This document shows positions 29,137-40,110 of a stretch of 64,000 bases of DNA, one piece after another. The position numbers were made by a program, and so were the translations under genes. The stretch covers positions 480,001-544,000 of the forward strand of contig JBDRCX010000006.1 of NCBI GenBank assembly GCA_043821365.1, read 5' to 3'. This DNA comes from Candidatus Micrarchaeota archaeon (GTDB lineage Archaea; Micrarchaeota; Micrarchaeia; Anstonellales; Bilamarchaeaceae). The stretch's first letter is position 1. Each line of letters starts with the position of its first letter. Under the pieces are notes generated by a model that ran no database searches, was not told the DNA's origin, and worked only from the letters and a program-made list of their open reading frames with translations.

Positions 29137-29204
29137 ATGGGGTTCTGAAGGGGCTTGCCCTTACAAATGGGGTTCGAGGGGTTTCCGAACCCCTCAAAGA
29201 ACCA
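29137..29204. repeat. REP-like palindromic element, copy 2 plus a degenerate tandem unit
   Basis: AAATGGGGTTCTGAAGGGGCTTGCCCTTAC then ATGGGGTTCGAGGGG-tttccgaa-CCCCTCAAAGAACCA. Confidence 0.75.
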
Positions 29205-29367
29205 TTATCCGCAGAATTCGGAGCTATTTCATTCTTTTTGGGGGATGAATGAGCGAGCTTGACGAAAACCGCTTTGGAAACATATATTATTGTTGTGCAA
29301 GTTTAAAAATTAAGGCAAAATTAAAAACACAACGGTTATTTTATATATCATTGCCCTATATTTAAAG

Positions 29368-29769
29368 GTGAATTCTATGGAAGCAAACCGAATCGTTGTA
29401 GAACTTTTTTTGGAAAAGCCAAATTTTCAAGAAGTTTCGACAGTTTCTCGTGCTCTTGAAACTGCAGGTATTGTGCCAATCATGATGCCGCCAGAAGACC
29501 GTGAGATAAATACTCATCTTGTTGTTGAAAAGGCTGATTTAGAACTTGCAAGGGCCAAAATAAAAGAACTTGGATTAAAAGCAATTGAAAAAGAAGTAAT
29601 AATTATTACCCTTGAAAACAAACCCGGAACAATGGCCGAGGCTGCAGGAAAGATTTCTGCATCTGGTATTAACCTTACATATGCCTTTTCCGTTACTATG
29701 ACTCCGACATTGTCCTATGTTCTTTTGGGAACTGCAGATAATGAAGCTGCTTTGAAAGCTCTTCAATAA
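29368..29769 (+). CDS. Tandem ACT-domain protein
   Basis: LENKPGTMAEAAGKISASGINL ACT signature. Confidence 0.85.
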   Translation: MNSMEANRIVVELFLEKPNFQEVSTVSRALETAGIVPIMMPPEDREINTHLVVEKADLELARAKIKELGLKAIEKEVIIITLENKPGTMAEAAGKISASGINLTYAFSVTMTPTLSYVLLGTADNEAALKALQ

Positions 29770-29787
29770 TTTTCATTAATTGTTTAA

Positions 29788-31964
<2,177 letters not shown>

Positions 31965-31978
<14 letters not shown>

Positions 31979-32327
31979 AGCCCTTCATTTTCTCCTGAAG
32001 CTTCTTTTGTGTGTCCATCACAACACTTCGGAGTTTTTCTTCTTGTTTTGCTATTGCATTCAACTTAACTCCAACAAGTTCATCTCTTTCTTTAAGATCT
32101 TTTTCTGCATGTTCTTTTGTTGTATGGACTAAAATAGAACCAACAGAATGGTAAACGTCACCTTTTGATTTCTTTAGTTCTTCCAATGCATGTTTTATCT
32201 CATTTAACTGCATCTGAAGTTGGTGTTTTTGGATTAGTAAAACTTCTAGTTGTTTTTCCATATTTTCATATTCTACAAGTTCTCTATTCAGATCATCTGC
32301 ATTTTCTTTCATTTTTGCGCACCTCAT
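31965..32327 (-). CDS. pfdB: Prefoldin beta subunit
   Basis: Coiled coil with VYHSVGSILV hairpin; position in the exosome superoperon. Confidence 0.92.
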
Positions 32328-32587
32328 ATTGATTGAAATATTTGCAATGCCCTAAGAAAGGCATTTGCTGTTGCCCTTAGAGCAACAACATCATTAGCAT
32401 CTATGTCAATTGTTAATACACTTCCTTTTTTAGTTATTTTTGTTTTTGAGCGATTTCCAATCTCTCCCTCATGCAAAATTGCTTTTTCAGCTGCATTTGC
32501 AGTATTTTCATCAGGAAACTCGAAAGTCATCGAGCATTTTGATCTAATGCCTATCACTCCGTTTGAAATTTTGCATTCCATTTCCAT
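32324..32587 (-). CDS. pcc1: KEOPS complex subunit Pcc1
   Basis: LTIDIDANDVVALRATANAFLR; synteny. Start uncertain. Confidence 0.85.
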   Translation of the reverse strand: MEMECKISNGVIGIRSKCSMTFEFPDENTANAAEKAILHEGEIGNRSKTKITKKGSVLTIDIDANDVVALRATANAFLRALQIFQSI

Positions 32588-32805
32588 CTTCCAAGTTCAT
32601 CGATTTCTATTGTTACTGGTCCATTACCATCAACAACATTTATCTTCTCTTCACCCTTTCTTCTGGCAAATGCAACAAGTTGTTCAATTGTTTTTTTCCC
32701 TCTTGCAACATAAAGTTCGTTGTTTTCCTTTGCTAGTTTCTTTGCAATTTCTCTTGTTTCTATTGATGCATATCTGCTTGTGGTATACATATAGTACCTT
32801 GCCAA
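32554..32805 (-). CDS. Short Brix/Imp4-like protein
   Basis: YTTSRYASIETR and YVARGKKTIEQL match the Brix N-terminal half; synteny. Confidence 0.7.
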   Translation of the reverse strand: MARYYMYTTSRYASIETREIAKKLAKENNELYVARGKKTIEQLVAFARRKGEEKINVVDGNGPVTIEIDELGRWKWNAKFQTE

Positions 32806-32829
32806 TCAAGAAAGTAAGACTTCCTTGGT

Positions 32830-32961
32830 TTAATCAGTATTGACTTCTTTTGCTATTGGTGGGCGTGCCTTTAGTAAAATTTTTGCTCCACTTGTTGGAA
32901 ATGCAAATTTTTCACCAGTAGAAACACTAACCCCACTTTTTTGATCTTTGTATTCTCCCAT
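32830..32961 (-). CDS. rpo12: RNA polymerase subunit Rpo12 (RpoP) lacking zinc cysteines
   Basis: MGEYK...FPTSGAKILLKARPPIAKEV matches the Rpo12 C-terminus; canonical position between rpl37ae and Brix. An in-frame upstream ATG exists at 33027. Confidence 0.75.
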   Translation of the reverse strand: MGEYKDQKSGVSVSTGEKFAFPTSGAKILLKARPPIAKEVNTD

Positions 32962-33042
32962 AAGAATTTCACCTTCATTTTTCTCTCTGAAATTTTTATA
33001 ATTGAACGGAACGCCGTCCAATCCCATGAAAATTTCCTCCTC
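32959..33042 (-). promoter_or_regulatory. Structured leader shared with rps15
   Basis: Sense sequence ATTGGACGGCGTTCCGTTCAATTATAAAAATTTCAGAGAGAAAAATGAAGGTGAAATTCTTATG. Confidence 0.6.
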
Positions 33043-33080
33043 ATATGATTATGTTAAATTTTCAATCAAACTTCCTGCGA

Positions 33081-33317
33081 TTATGCTGCTTTTGAATATT
33101 CAGCAACAATACGTGCAGCAATTTCTCCAGCTTCGCTTTTGAATGAATAAGCTCCACCAGCAAATACAGCATCGCATGATTTACATACCCACAATGCATT
33201 ACTTTTTCTTGTTACTCTGAGCTTGTGACATTTTGGGCACTCGTACTTGGTACGTTTTGCCTTTATTGCTTTATTGAACAATTTTCTATTTGAAGCGCCA
33301 AATCTTGCGGTATCCAT
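33081..33317 (-). CDS. rpl37ae: 50S ribosomal protein L37Ae (eL43)
   Basis: YECPKC...WVCKSC...FAGGAY. Confidence 0.95.
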   Translation of the reverse strand: MDTARFGASNRKLFNKAIKAKRTKYECPKCHKLRVTRKSNALWVCKSCDAVFAGGAYSFKSEAGEIAARIVAEYSKAA

Positions 33318-33345
33318 TTTCTCTCCTCCTTTTTGTATATAAAAA

Positions 33346-34149
33346 CTAACTTTTGAGGATTTTTCTTATGTCGTCTCCTCTTTTAAAAGCTATCTCCATA
33401 GCTTCGACGAGTTCCTCTTTAGTTATTGCACCCTTTCCTTTTTGCATAGCACAAACGTGCTCTTCTGTTGTTCCTATAGTCAATTCAGTTTCAAGAACCC
33501 GTTCCTCATCTCTTGTTGGATCAACAAGCCAGTTGTTCCCTACTTTAACCATGGTTGTTGTAATTGGAAGCTTTGATGGTGCAAGTGGTTTTGAATATTC
33601 CCCTCTTACTAAAGCACCATCTTCTATCTTTGGTATTTTTGTGTCTAAAAGAGCAGCAGTTGCAGCTAATGTTGCAGCGTCTGTATAATTCCCTGCATGG
33701 TTCATAACATATATGTCCATGTAAAGTCCAAGAACTTTATCTGTTTCTATGAAAAATGAATCAAGGTCAACACATTCTGCACTTCTAATTGCCCTATCAA
33801 CAACTCTTGCAACTTCTACTGAATGTTCATTTGGAGGACCAGTTTCAAAGGTTGGTGATGCAGTTGGTAAAAGTTCTGCATTTGACATCATCACTCCCTG
33901 GGTTGGTCTATCTGCAAATGGTTTAACAACATCAAATTTATTTGCTACAAGGACTACTGTTTGCCCTATCTTTGCTATTGCAGATCCTTCTGCTGTTTTT
34001 ATTACCCCTTGCTGGACTTCTATTGGTCGGTATTCATCAAACTTTCTACCGTCAAATCTAACTCCTTTTTCAAGTGTATTGTTTAGTACGTCTCTTCTTA
34101 CCTGAGCCATTATAACGTCTTTTGTTTCGTCTCCCATGAATATCACCAC
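33346..34149 (-). CDS. rrp42: Exosome complex component Rrp42
   Basis: RFDGRKFDEYRPI, AEGSAIAKIG, RVVDRAIR. Confidence 0.95.
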   Translation of the reverse strand: MVIFMGDETKDVIMAQVRRDVLNNTLEKGVRFDGRKFDEYRPIEVQQGVIKTAEGSAIAKIGQTVVLVANKFDVVKPFADRPTQGVMMSNAELLPTASPTFETGPPNEHSVEVARVVDRAIRSAECVDLDSFFIETDKVLGLYMDIYVMNHAGNYTDAATLAATAALLDTKIPKIEDGALVRGEYSKPLAPSKLPITTTMVKVGNNWLVDPTRDEERVLETELTIGTTEEHVCAMQKGKGAITKEELVEAMEIAFKRGDDIRKILKS

Positions 34150-34898
34150 TTAACTGATTCATCTTCGCCTTTTTCGTAGAATTTCTTCAAGGCGTCTGAT
34201 TGGATTTTATTGATTTTTTCACAGCCTCTTTCAGCCATCTCAACCATATCAACAATTTCTTGCTTGGTCAACAAACCATCCATCTGTATTAGTAATATTT
34301 TTTTCTCCCTGTGTGATATTGCCATTGGCATATCAGATTGACCTAAATTGTCTTCTGCTTTATTTAGATCTAAAACAAGTTTATCTCCAGCCTTTCCAGC
34401 TGCAACTGATCCGATCATATCTTTCATAGGTATTCCTGCATTTGCAAGCGCAACTGTTGCTGCAGTTATGGAGGCAGTTCTTGTTCCTCCGTTAGCTTGG
34501 AGAACATCAATGTAAATTTCTATTTGTGTATTTGGAAATTTTTCTACAATTATAACATTCTCAAAAGCTTCTTTTATCACTTTAGAAAGTTCAGTGCTTC
34601 TTCTTGATGGTCCGCTTCTGCTGTGCTCTTCCAATGATGCAAATGGTGACATCATATATCTGCACTTTAAAATTGCATGATAAGGGCTTGCATAGTGTCT
34701 TGGTATACATTCTCGTGGACCATATACACCACACAATATCTTGTTTCCGCCCCATTCAATGTATGATGAACCATCTGCTTCTGGAATTATTCCAACTTCT
34801 ATGCGGATGTCTCTTAAATCTTCAAGATCTCTACCATCAACTCTTTTTCCATTTACAATTAGTGGTACTGTACTTTTACTATCAGACATATTCTTCAC
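34143..34898 (-). CDS. rrp41: Exosome complex exonuclease Rrp41
   Basis: RVDGR, ADGSSYIEWG, PSRRSTELS, GGTRTAS. Confidence 0.95.
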   Translation of the reverse strand: MKNMSDSKSTVPLIVNGKRVDGRDLEDLRDIRIEVGIIPEADGSSYIEWGGNKILCGVYGPRECIPRHYASPYHAILKCRYMMSPFASLEEHSRSGPSRRSTELSKVIKEAFENVIIVEKFPNTQIEIYIDVLQANGGTRTASITAATVALANAGIPMKDMIGSVAAGKAGDKLVLDLNKAEDNLGQSDMPMAISHREKKILLIQMDGLLTKQEIVDMVEMAERGCEKINKIQSDALKKFYEKGEDESVKW

Positions 34899-35526
34899 CT
34901 TGTTCTGTGGATTGAGGTCTTTCGCCTTTTTCCAACTTTAACATATTTGCAACTTCGTCTGTTAATCCAGATTTGTGTGCTTTTCTTTCGATTAATTTTA
35001 TGGTCTTCAATAAAAGTGGCATGTCGCATTTTTCACTCATCCAAACATACCCATTATTTCCGACCATCATGTCTCCTCCTGAATAATCTTTCAGAAGGTT
35101 AAGCATGCTGCTTTTTCTCCCTATAAGCCTTGGAACTTTTGCCGAAGGAAAGTCTATTATCTTTCCCTTTGGTAATCTTCTGACTTCGCCAAGGTCAACA
35201 TCCCCAACTTCATTTACTGATTTTATTTTGCATATTACAAAATCTCCAAGTTGGAGTGTAAGTCTAATATCTCTTGTTGGAATGAAACCACCATCAGACA
35301 AATTTAAATCAACCTCATATCCAGCATGTCTTACGTCGGTTACCATACCGACAACAACATCGCCGACTGTTGGTTTATATCTGTTTTCAAGTGGTACATA
35401 TCTTCCTTCTTCATCCAGTATACCAATTACTGCCGCATATGTTGCAGCTCCATCAGAATAGGTATTCGGAGCAGTTATTCTGCCTTCAGCTATTCTTTCG
35501 CCTGGTAAAACAATTTTCTTTTCCAT
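34882..35526 (-). CDS. rrp4: Exosome RNA-binding protein Rrp4
   Basis: IVLPGE, S1 domain, KH motif VPRLIGRKSSM, VGNNGYVW; likely start 35526. Confidence 0.93.
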   Translation of the reverse strand: MEKKIVLPGERIAEGRITAPNTYSDGAATYAAVIGILDEEGRYVPLENRYKPTVGDVVVGMVTDVRHAGYEVDLNLSDGGFIPTRDIRLTLQLGDFVICKIKSVNEVGDVDLGEVRRLPKGKIIDFPSAKVPRLIGRKSSMLNLLKDYSGGDMMVGNNGYVWMSEKCDMPLLLKTIKLIERKAHKSGLTDEVANMLKLEKGERPQSTEQGEEYV

Positions 35527-35710
35527 TTTTCCCCTCTTAAAAGGAACCATCTAAACATGTTCCAGTTATGTTTGTCCTTCTCATAGACTACAACGAGTAC
35601 AAGAGTAAGAACATATTATATAGAATTTAGCACCTGCTATTTTCTCTATCAGCTCTAACTATGAAAGAAAAGATTTTTAAGGGCCACACAGACATTTTTT
35701 ATTCTAATAT

Positions 35711-36001
35711 GTGATATTATACTGGGTGTTTTTAATGAATGCATCATTCCTTCTTGAAGCTGTTTTTAAAGTTGGCACCCACACCATACTAACTGGCACT
35801 GTGAAAGAAGGGGTTCTAAAACCTGGTATGAAATTTGATCTCAATGGCAAATCGCTTATTATAGAAAAAATTGAAAGTATGGGAGTTCAACTTCATTCTG
35901 CACCAGCTGATTCTAAAGTGGGAATCTCATTCAAGAATTTATCTCCATCTGATCTCCCAGATCTTAAACTGCTTATCAAAAATAGGTTATTTTTCTCTTA
36001 A
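35711..36001 (+). CDS. Stand-alone EF-Tu/SelB domain-2-like beta-barrel protein
   Basis: VFKVGTHTILTGTVKEGVLKPGM...IEKIES...A...KVGI pattern. Confidence 0.7.
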   Translation: MILYWVFLMNASFLLEAVFKVGTHTILTGTVKEGVLKPGMKFDLNGKSLIIEKIESMGVQLHSAPADSKVGISFKNLSPSDLPDLKLLIKNRLFFS

Positions 36002-36047
36002 TTTTAAAAGTAAACATTGATTTATAAGCATCTTTTACCACATCTCT

Positions 36048-36386
36048 ATGATGAATTCAAGGAAAATGGTGAGTAGTGAAATAATTGGCAGTGCCACTGT
36101 TAAAATCAGATTTTCAAAATATCTTCTTTTTTCAACAACTCACCAGGCAATTTTGTTTAGATATAGTGCCAATGGCTACAATTCGACTGTATTTGCCATT
36201 GCAAAAGATAGAAAAGGTGATCGAGTTCTAGGTATAGTTAAGGATCAAAATCCAGTGGCAGGTGGTACGTATCATCTAGACATTACCCTTCCAAGCAAGT
36301 CTTATTTGGCAACTATGCTTTCAGTTTTCCGCCAATTGGTTCAGGATCCTCATTCCCCATTCCGTTCAAGAGAACCATTAGCCTAG
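36048..36386 (+). CDS. Hypothetical protein
   Basis: 112-aa ORF, no motif. Confidence 0.45.
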   Translation: MMNSRKMVSSEIIGSATVKIRFSKYLLFSTTHQAILFRYSANGYNSTVFAIAKDRKGDRVLGIVKDQNPVAGGTYHLDITLPSKSYLATMLSVFRQLVQDPHSPFRSREPLA

Positions 36387-37082
36387 TAATTTTGTTTCAA
36401 CTTGTCCTGATGTTAATTTGTTTAATTTATCTAGAAATTCACCCTGAAGTCCCCCAAAAATCTCTACAACCACAATCAAATCTCCATTTTTCGTCCACTC
36501 CTCTTTTTCAATTCCGTAGTTTTTTAGAGTTCCATAACTTCTATGTGAAAATGAGGCAGGAACTTTAACTGCAATTTTAACTTTTTCAAATTTCATGGGC
36601 AAAACTGGACGAAGTGCTTTGACAACGTCTTCAAGCTGTTCTCTCGGGTCTTTGAAAGGATCAACATGTATCTTTACTTGATCAAGTGCATTCTCCACCC
36701 TTATCTGTGTGTGTGGTGTTTTTGTTCTTGGGTCAATTGCTTCTCTCAATAAGATTGCAATTATCTGTTTTCTTTTTTCCTCAACTTTCTTTTTTCGTTG
36801 TTCTGTTGTAAGTTGAACTTCACCATTCTTCATGACGAACTCCAAAATCTCCATAATGTCACTGGTACCAAATATCTTTTGAATATCAGAAGGTTTTGCT
36901 TTCTCTGCTTTTTTTGCATCTGAATAAATCTCTTCTGCAACAAGCATGTTTTTTACATCTGTTTTTTGTTTATCTAAATAAGCATATGCTGCATCAGGAT
37001 CAACGTACAATTCGAATCTTTTTCCCTCTTTTTCATAACTTGCTATTATAGCCCTATCCAAACTAACCATAAAATCAGCCAC
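36378..37082 (-). CDS. sdo1: Ribosome maturation protein SBDS/Sdo1
   Basis: GKRFELYVDP, IFGT, VQLTTEQR, IDPRTKTPH. Confidence 0.96.
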   Translation of the reverse strand: MADFMVSLDRAIIASYEKEGKRFELYVDPDAAYAYLDKQKTDVKNMLVAEEIYSDAKKAEKAKPSDIQKIFGTSDIMEILEFVMKNGEVQLTTEQRKKKVEEKRKQIIAILLREAIDPRTKTPHTQIRVENALDQVKIHVDPFKDPREQLEDVVKALRPVLPMKFEKVKIAVKVPASFSHRSYGTLKNYGIEKEEWTKNGDLIVVVEIFGGLQGEFLDKLNKLTSGQVETKLLG

Positions 37083-37224
37083 TCTTAATTATTCTATAAA
37101 TATTATAATAATTTGGTCTTTCATTAAACATTCCGATAGTAACAATTCAAAAGGTTTATATATTTGCAAGCACCAGATATGAAAATCTAAGGCAGCAGTA
37201 TGAAATCTAATTAGAGGTGATATA

Positions 37225-38271
37225 TTGACGAATAAAGAGAGTGCTGTTAAGGTCAGCAAAGAAATGCTCTATGGCATTGTAATTGTATTCCTGACAGCTT
37301 TACTCGTAGTGTCAGTTATGACACAAGGATTTGGACTTAGTCCATCTGTTTCTAATAATCAAACACAAAGTGTGAAATTATCAGATGCAGAACTAAAGTC
37401 AAAGGCACAAAGCTACATTAATACTAATCTTCTTGCTTCTGATTATACATCTGAAGCAACTGGAATCAAACCATATGATAGCTATCTTAGTGAAGTCACT
37501 ATAAACATAAAACAAGGAACCACTGTTCTTGAAACAACAGAGGTTTATATCTCAAATGATGGTTCAACTATATTTGTTGGAAAATTGTTCCAACTAAATG
37601 CGAGTGTCCCAACAACAAACACTTCAACAACACAAACAAATGTTTCTCAAACGGCAAAACCAAAAGCACAAGTGTTTGTCATGGCATTCTGTCCGTATGG
37701 TTTGCAATTCCTAAAAGCATACATTCCAGTTATGGAACTTCTAGGAAATAGCTCAGATCTTGAAGTTAACTTTGTTGACTATGCAATGCATGGTAAAACT
37801 GAAGTTGATGGGAACAGCTACCTATATTGTGTCCAGAAAGAAGAAAAGACAAAGTTTACAAACTACCTGAGATGCTTTGTTGAAGAAGGGGATTATCAAG
37901 GTTGTGTTGCAACTGCTGGAATTGAACAGAGCAAGATTGATGTTTGTGTTGCTCAGCTTGATACACAGTATAATCTAACTGGGCTTTTCAATGACCAATC
38001 AACTTGGGTAAGTGGTTACTATCCACAGTATCCAGTTGAAGCTGCACTTAATACACAATATGGTGTGCAAGGGTCACCGACATTCATTCTAAATGGCCAG
38101 AAAGTAAGTGTGAGCAGAAGTGCTGAATCAATAAAACAAGCAGTTTGTAATGCATTTACACAAGCACCAGCAGAATGTTCAACAACGTTGAGAACTGCTA
38201 CTGAAGCACCAGGTCTTGGTTCAGTTGGTTCTGGAACAACATCAAGTCCATCTTCAGCTGAATGTGGTTAA
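37225..38271 (+). CDS. Membrane-anchored DsbA/thioredoxin-like protein
   Basis: N-terminal TM; VFVMAFCPYG; cis-Pro motif VQGSPTFILNG. Confidence 0.75.
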   Translation: MTNKESAVKVSKEMLYGIVIVFLTALLVVSVMTQGFGLSPSVSNNQTQSVKLSDAELKSKAQSYINTNLLASDYTSEATGIKPYDSYLSEVTINIKQGTTVLETTEVYISNDGSTIFVGKLFQLNASVPTTNTSTTQTNVSQTAKPKAQVFVMAFCPYGLQFLKAYIPVMELLGNSSDLEVNFVDYAMHGKTEVDGNSYLYCVQKEEKTKFTNYLRCFVEEGDYQGCVATAGIEQSKIDVCVAQLDTQYNLTGLFNDQSTWVSGYYPQYPVEAALNTQYGVQGSPTFILNGQKVSVSRSAESIKQAVCNAFTQAPAECSTTLRTATEAPGLGSVGSGTTSSPSSAECG

Positions 38272-38282
38272 TTTTTTTATTT

Positions 38283-38807
38283 TTATTTTTTTAATTTAAA
38301 ACTAGCCAGAGTTATGTATTTTGGTCCTTCTGGAGACAAAATACTTTGGATTAATTCAAACTTTTCTGCAGTAAAAGTACCAAATTCTGTTTGTTCATTT
38401 TTTATAAGGAATTCTTTCAAATCAATTTTCTTTTTTACTCTTGCTATTGTTAAGTGTGCAGAAAATTTTCTGTCATTGCTACCATAATTAATTAAAGCAT
38501 CCTTAACCAGATCAGCAAGTTTTTCTATTCTATGCCCGCTTTCTATTCCAGTCCAAACTACTTTTATGTAACTTTCATTTGGGAATACGCCTACTCCAGA
38601 TACTTTACATTCAAATTTGTTGTATTCTATTTTTTCCAGGATTTTTTTTATCTGTTCTGCCTGCTCATTTTCACCTATGAATTTCAAGGTCAGATGCATG
38701 TTCTCTGGTTTTACATTCATTACTCCGTCTTGAGCTATATCATTTCCAAACAAAGCAACTTTTTTTCTTATGTCCTCAGGAACAGGGATGGCAACAAAAA
38801 GTCTCAT
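38283..38807 (-). CDS. thpR: RNA 2',3'-cyclic phosphodiesterase (2H family)
   Basis: MRLFVAI; two HxT motifs (MHLTL, AHLTI); likely start 38807. Confidence 0.93.
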   Translation of the reverse strand: MRLFVAIPVPEDIRKKVALFGNDIAQDGVMNVKPENMHLTLKFIGENEQAEQIKKILEKIEYNKFECKVSGVGVFPNESYIKVVWTGIESGHRIEKLADLVKDALINYGSNDRKFSAHLTIARVKKKIDLKEFLIKNEQTEFGTFTAEKFELIQSILSPEGPKYITLASFKLKK

Positions 38808-38840
38808 AATTTTAAATTGAACATAATACTTAACAATTAT

Positions 38841-40067
38841 ATGCTTGAACATGAAATTTATTCATCCATTTCAAATTCCACGAGCCTTGTTTTCAGTGGT
38901 GGTGAGCTTAAAACAAAGGAAATAGATTCATCCTCTGGGCATGGTGTTAGGGTACTCCATGATGAGAAGGTTGGTTTTTCATACTGTCAGAATGATTCTG
39001 ATATTAAAAAAACACTTGAAAAAGCAAAAACCGCATCAAAGTTTTCAGTGAAATCAAAATTTTCATTTGCACCAAAATCAAATTTTAATAATCTAAATAT
39101 TTTTGATAAATCAATCAATCCTCAAGATTTTAATGAATTGATGGAATTTGTTGATTGTGCAAGATCATCAGCAGAAACCCACGGTGGCAAATCACGTGTA
39201 ATTTGCTCCTCTGAAATCGAATCTGTTAAAATTGAAAATACAAACGATTTTTTTGGCGAGTATAAAAAATCAGTATTTTCTATTTATTCAGAATGTATGT
39301 ATGATGATGGTTTTGGTTTTGCCTATTCCTCATCTATAAATAAACCAAACTTACAAAAAGTTTCTGAAGTTGGAATGAAAGCAGCAAACATGGCAAAAAA
39401 CATGAGAGGAGCAAAGAAACCAGAGCCTGGAAACTATCTTCTAGTTGTCAATACAGAAGCACTTGATGGCATATTGGATCCTTTACTATCTTCATTTTCA
39501 GGTGATTGGAAAAGAAGGGGAATAACAAAAATATCAAAAACAAGAATGTTTTCTGATGTGCTTTCTATTTTTGAAGATGGAACCACATTAGCGCCCGAAG
39601 CCAGACCGTTTGATGATGAAGGGGTATGTTCAAGAAAAAATTCTCTTGTTGAAAATGGTGAAGTAAGATCATTTTTATATGATCGTGAAACTGCAGCATT
39701 GTCGAATGTTGATAATTCTGGGTTTTGCTCGCGTTCATCCTATTCATCCTCTCCTGGTATAGGCTCATCAACTATTATTGTTGATAAGGGGAAATGTAAG
39801 GATTTAGTGGAATTAGGTAAACATATTGAACTTATATCTGCCCATGGTTCTCACACAGCGAATCTCACCAGTGGAGACATTGGTCTTGAAGTCAGTAATG
39901 CATTTTTAGTTGGAAACGGAGAAAGAAAACCAATAAAAGGTTTTATGATCAGTACGAATTTATTCGATTTATTTGCCAATATCAAAGCAATCGAAGCAAA
40001 GCAAAATATTCATGGTTCTTTGATTGCACCGAGAATAGCATTTAAGGATGTGAAGGTCATTTCGTAA
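38841..40067 (+). CDS. TldD/PmbA-family protein
   Basis: GHGVRVLHDEKVGFSY; RPFDDEG; HTANLTSGD. Likely start 38841, not 38532. Confidence 0.88.
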   Translation: MLEHEIYSSISNSTSLVFSGGELKTKEIDSSSGHGVRVLHDEKVGFSYCQNDSDIKKTLEKAKTASKFSVKSKFSFAPKSNFNNLNIFDKSINPQDFNELMEFVDCARSSAETHGGKSRVICSSEIESVKIENTNDFFGEYKKSVFSIYSECMYDDGFGFAYSSSINKPNLQKVSEVGMKAANMAKNMRGAKKPEPGNYLLVVNTEALDGILDPLLSSFSGDWKRRGITKISKTRMFSDVLSIFEDGTTLAPEARPFDDEGVCSRKNSLVENGEVRSFLYDRETAALSNVDNSGFCSRSSYSSSPGIGSSTIIVDKGKCKDLVELGKHIELISAHGSHTANLTSGDIGLEVSNAFLVGNGERKPIKGFMISTNLFDLFANIKAIEAKQNIHGSLIAPRIAFKDVKVIS

Positions 40068-40110
40068 AAATTGATTAAGCTTAAATATTTCATCTTATTT
40101 GAATTATGCG

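Noticed and set aside
37178-37210. Short direct repeat TATGAAA(A)TCTAA downstream of a TATA box
   Set aside because: It is only 12-13 nt, AT-rich and seen once; it could be an operator but chance cannot be excluded.
38532-38840. ORF-track 5' extension of the PmbA-like gene
   Set aside because: It overlaps thpR antisense and is low complexity; the real start is likely ATG 38841.
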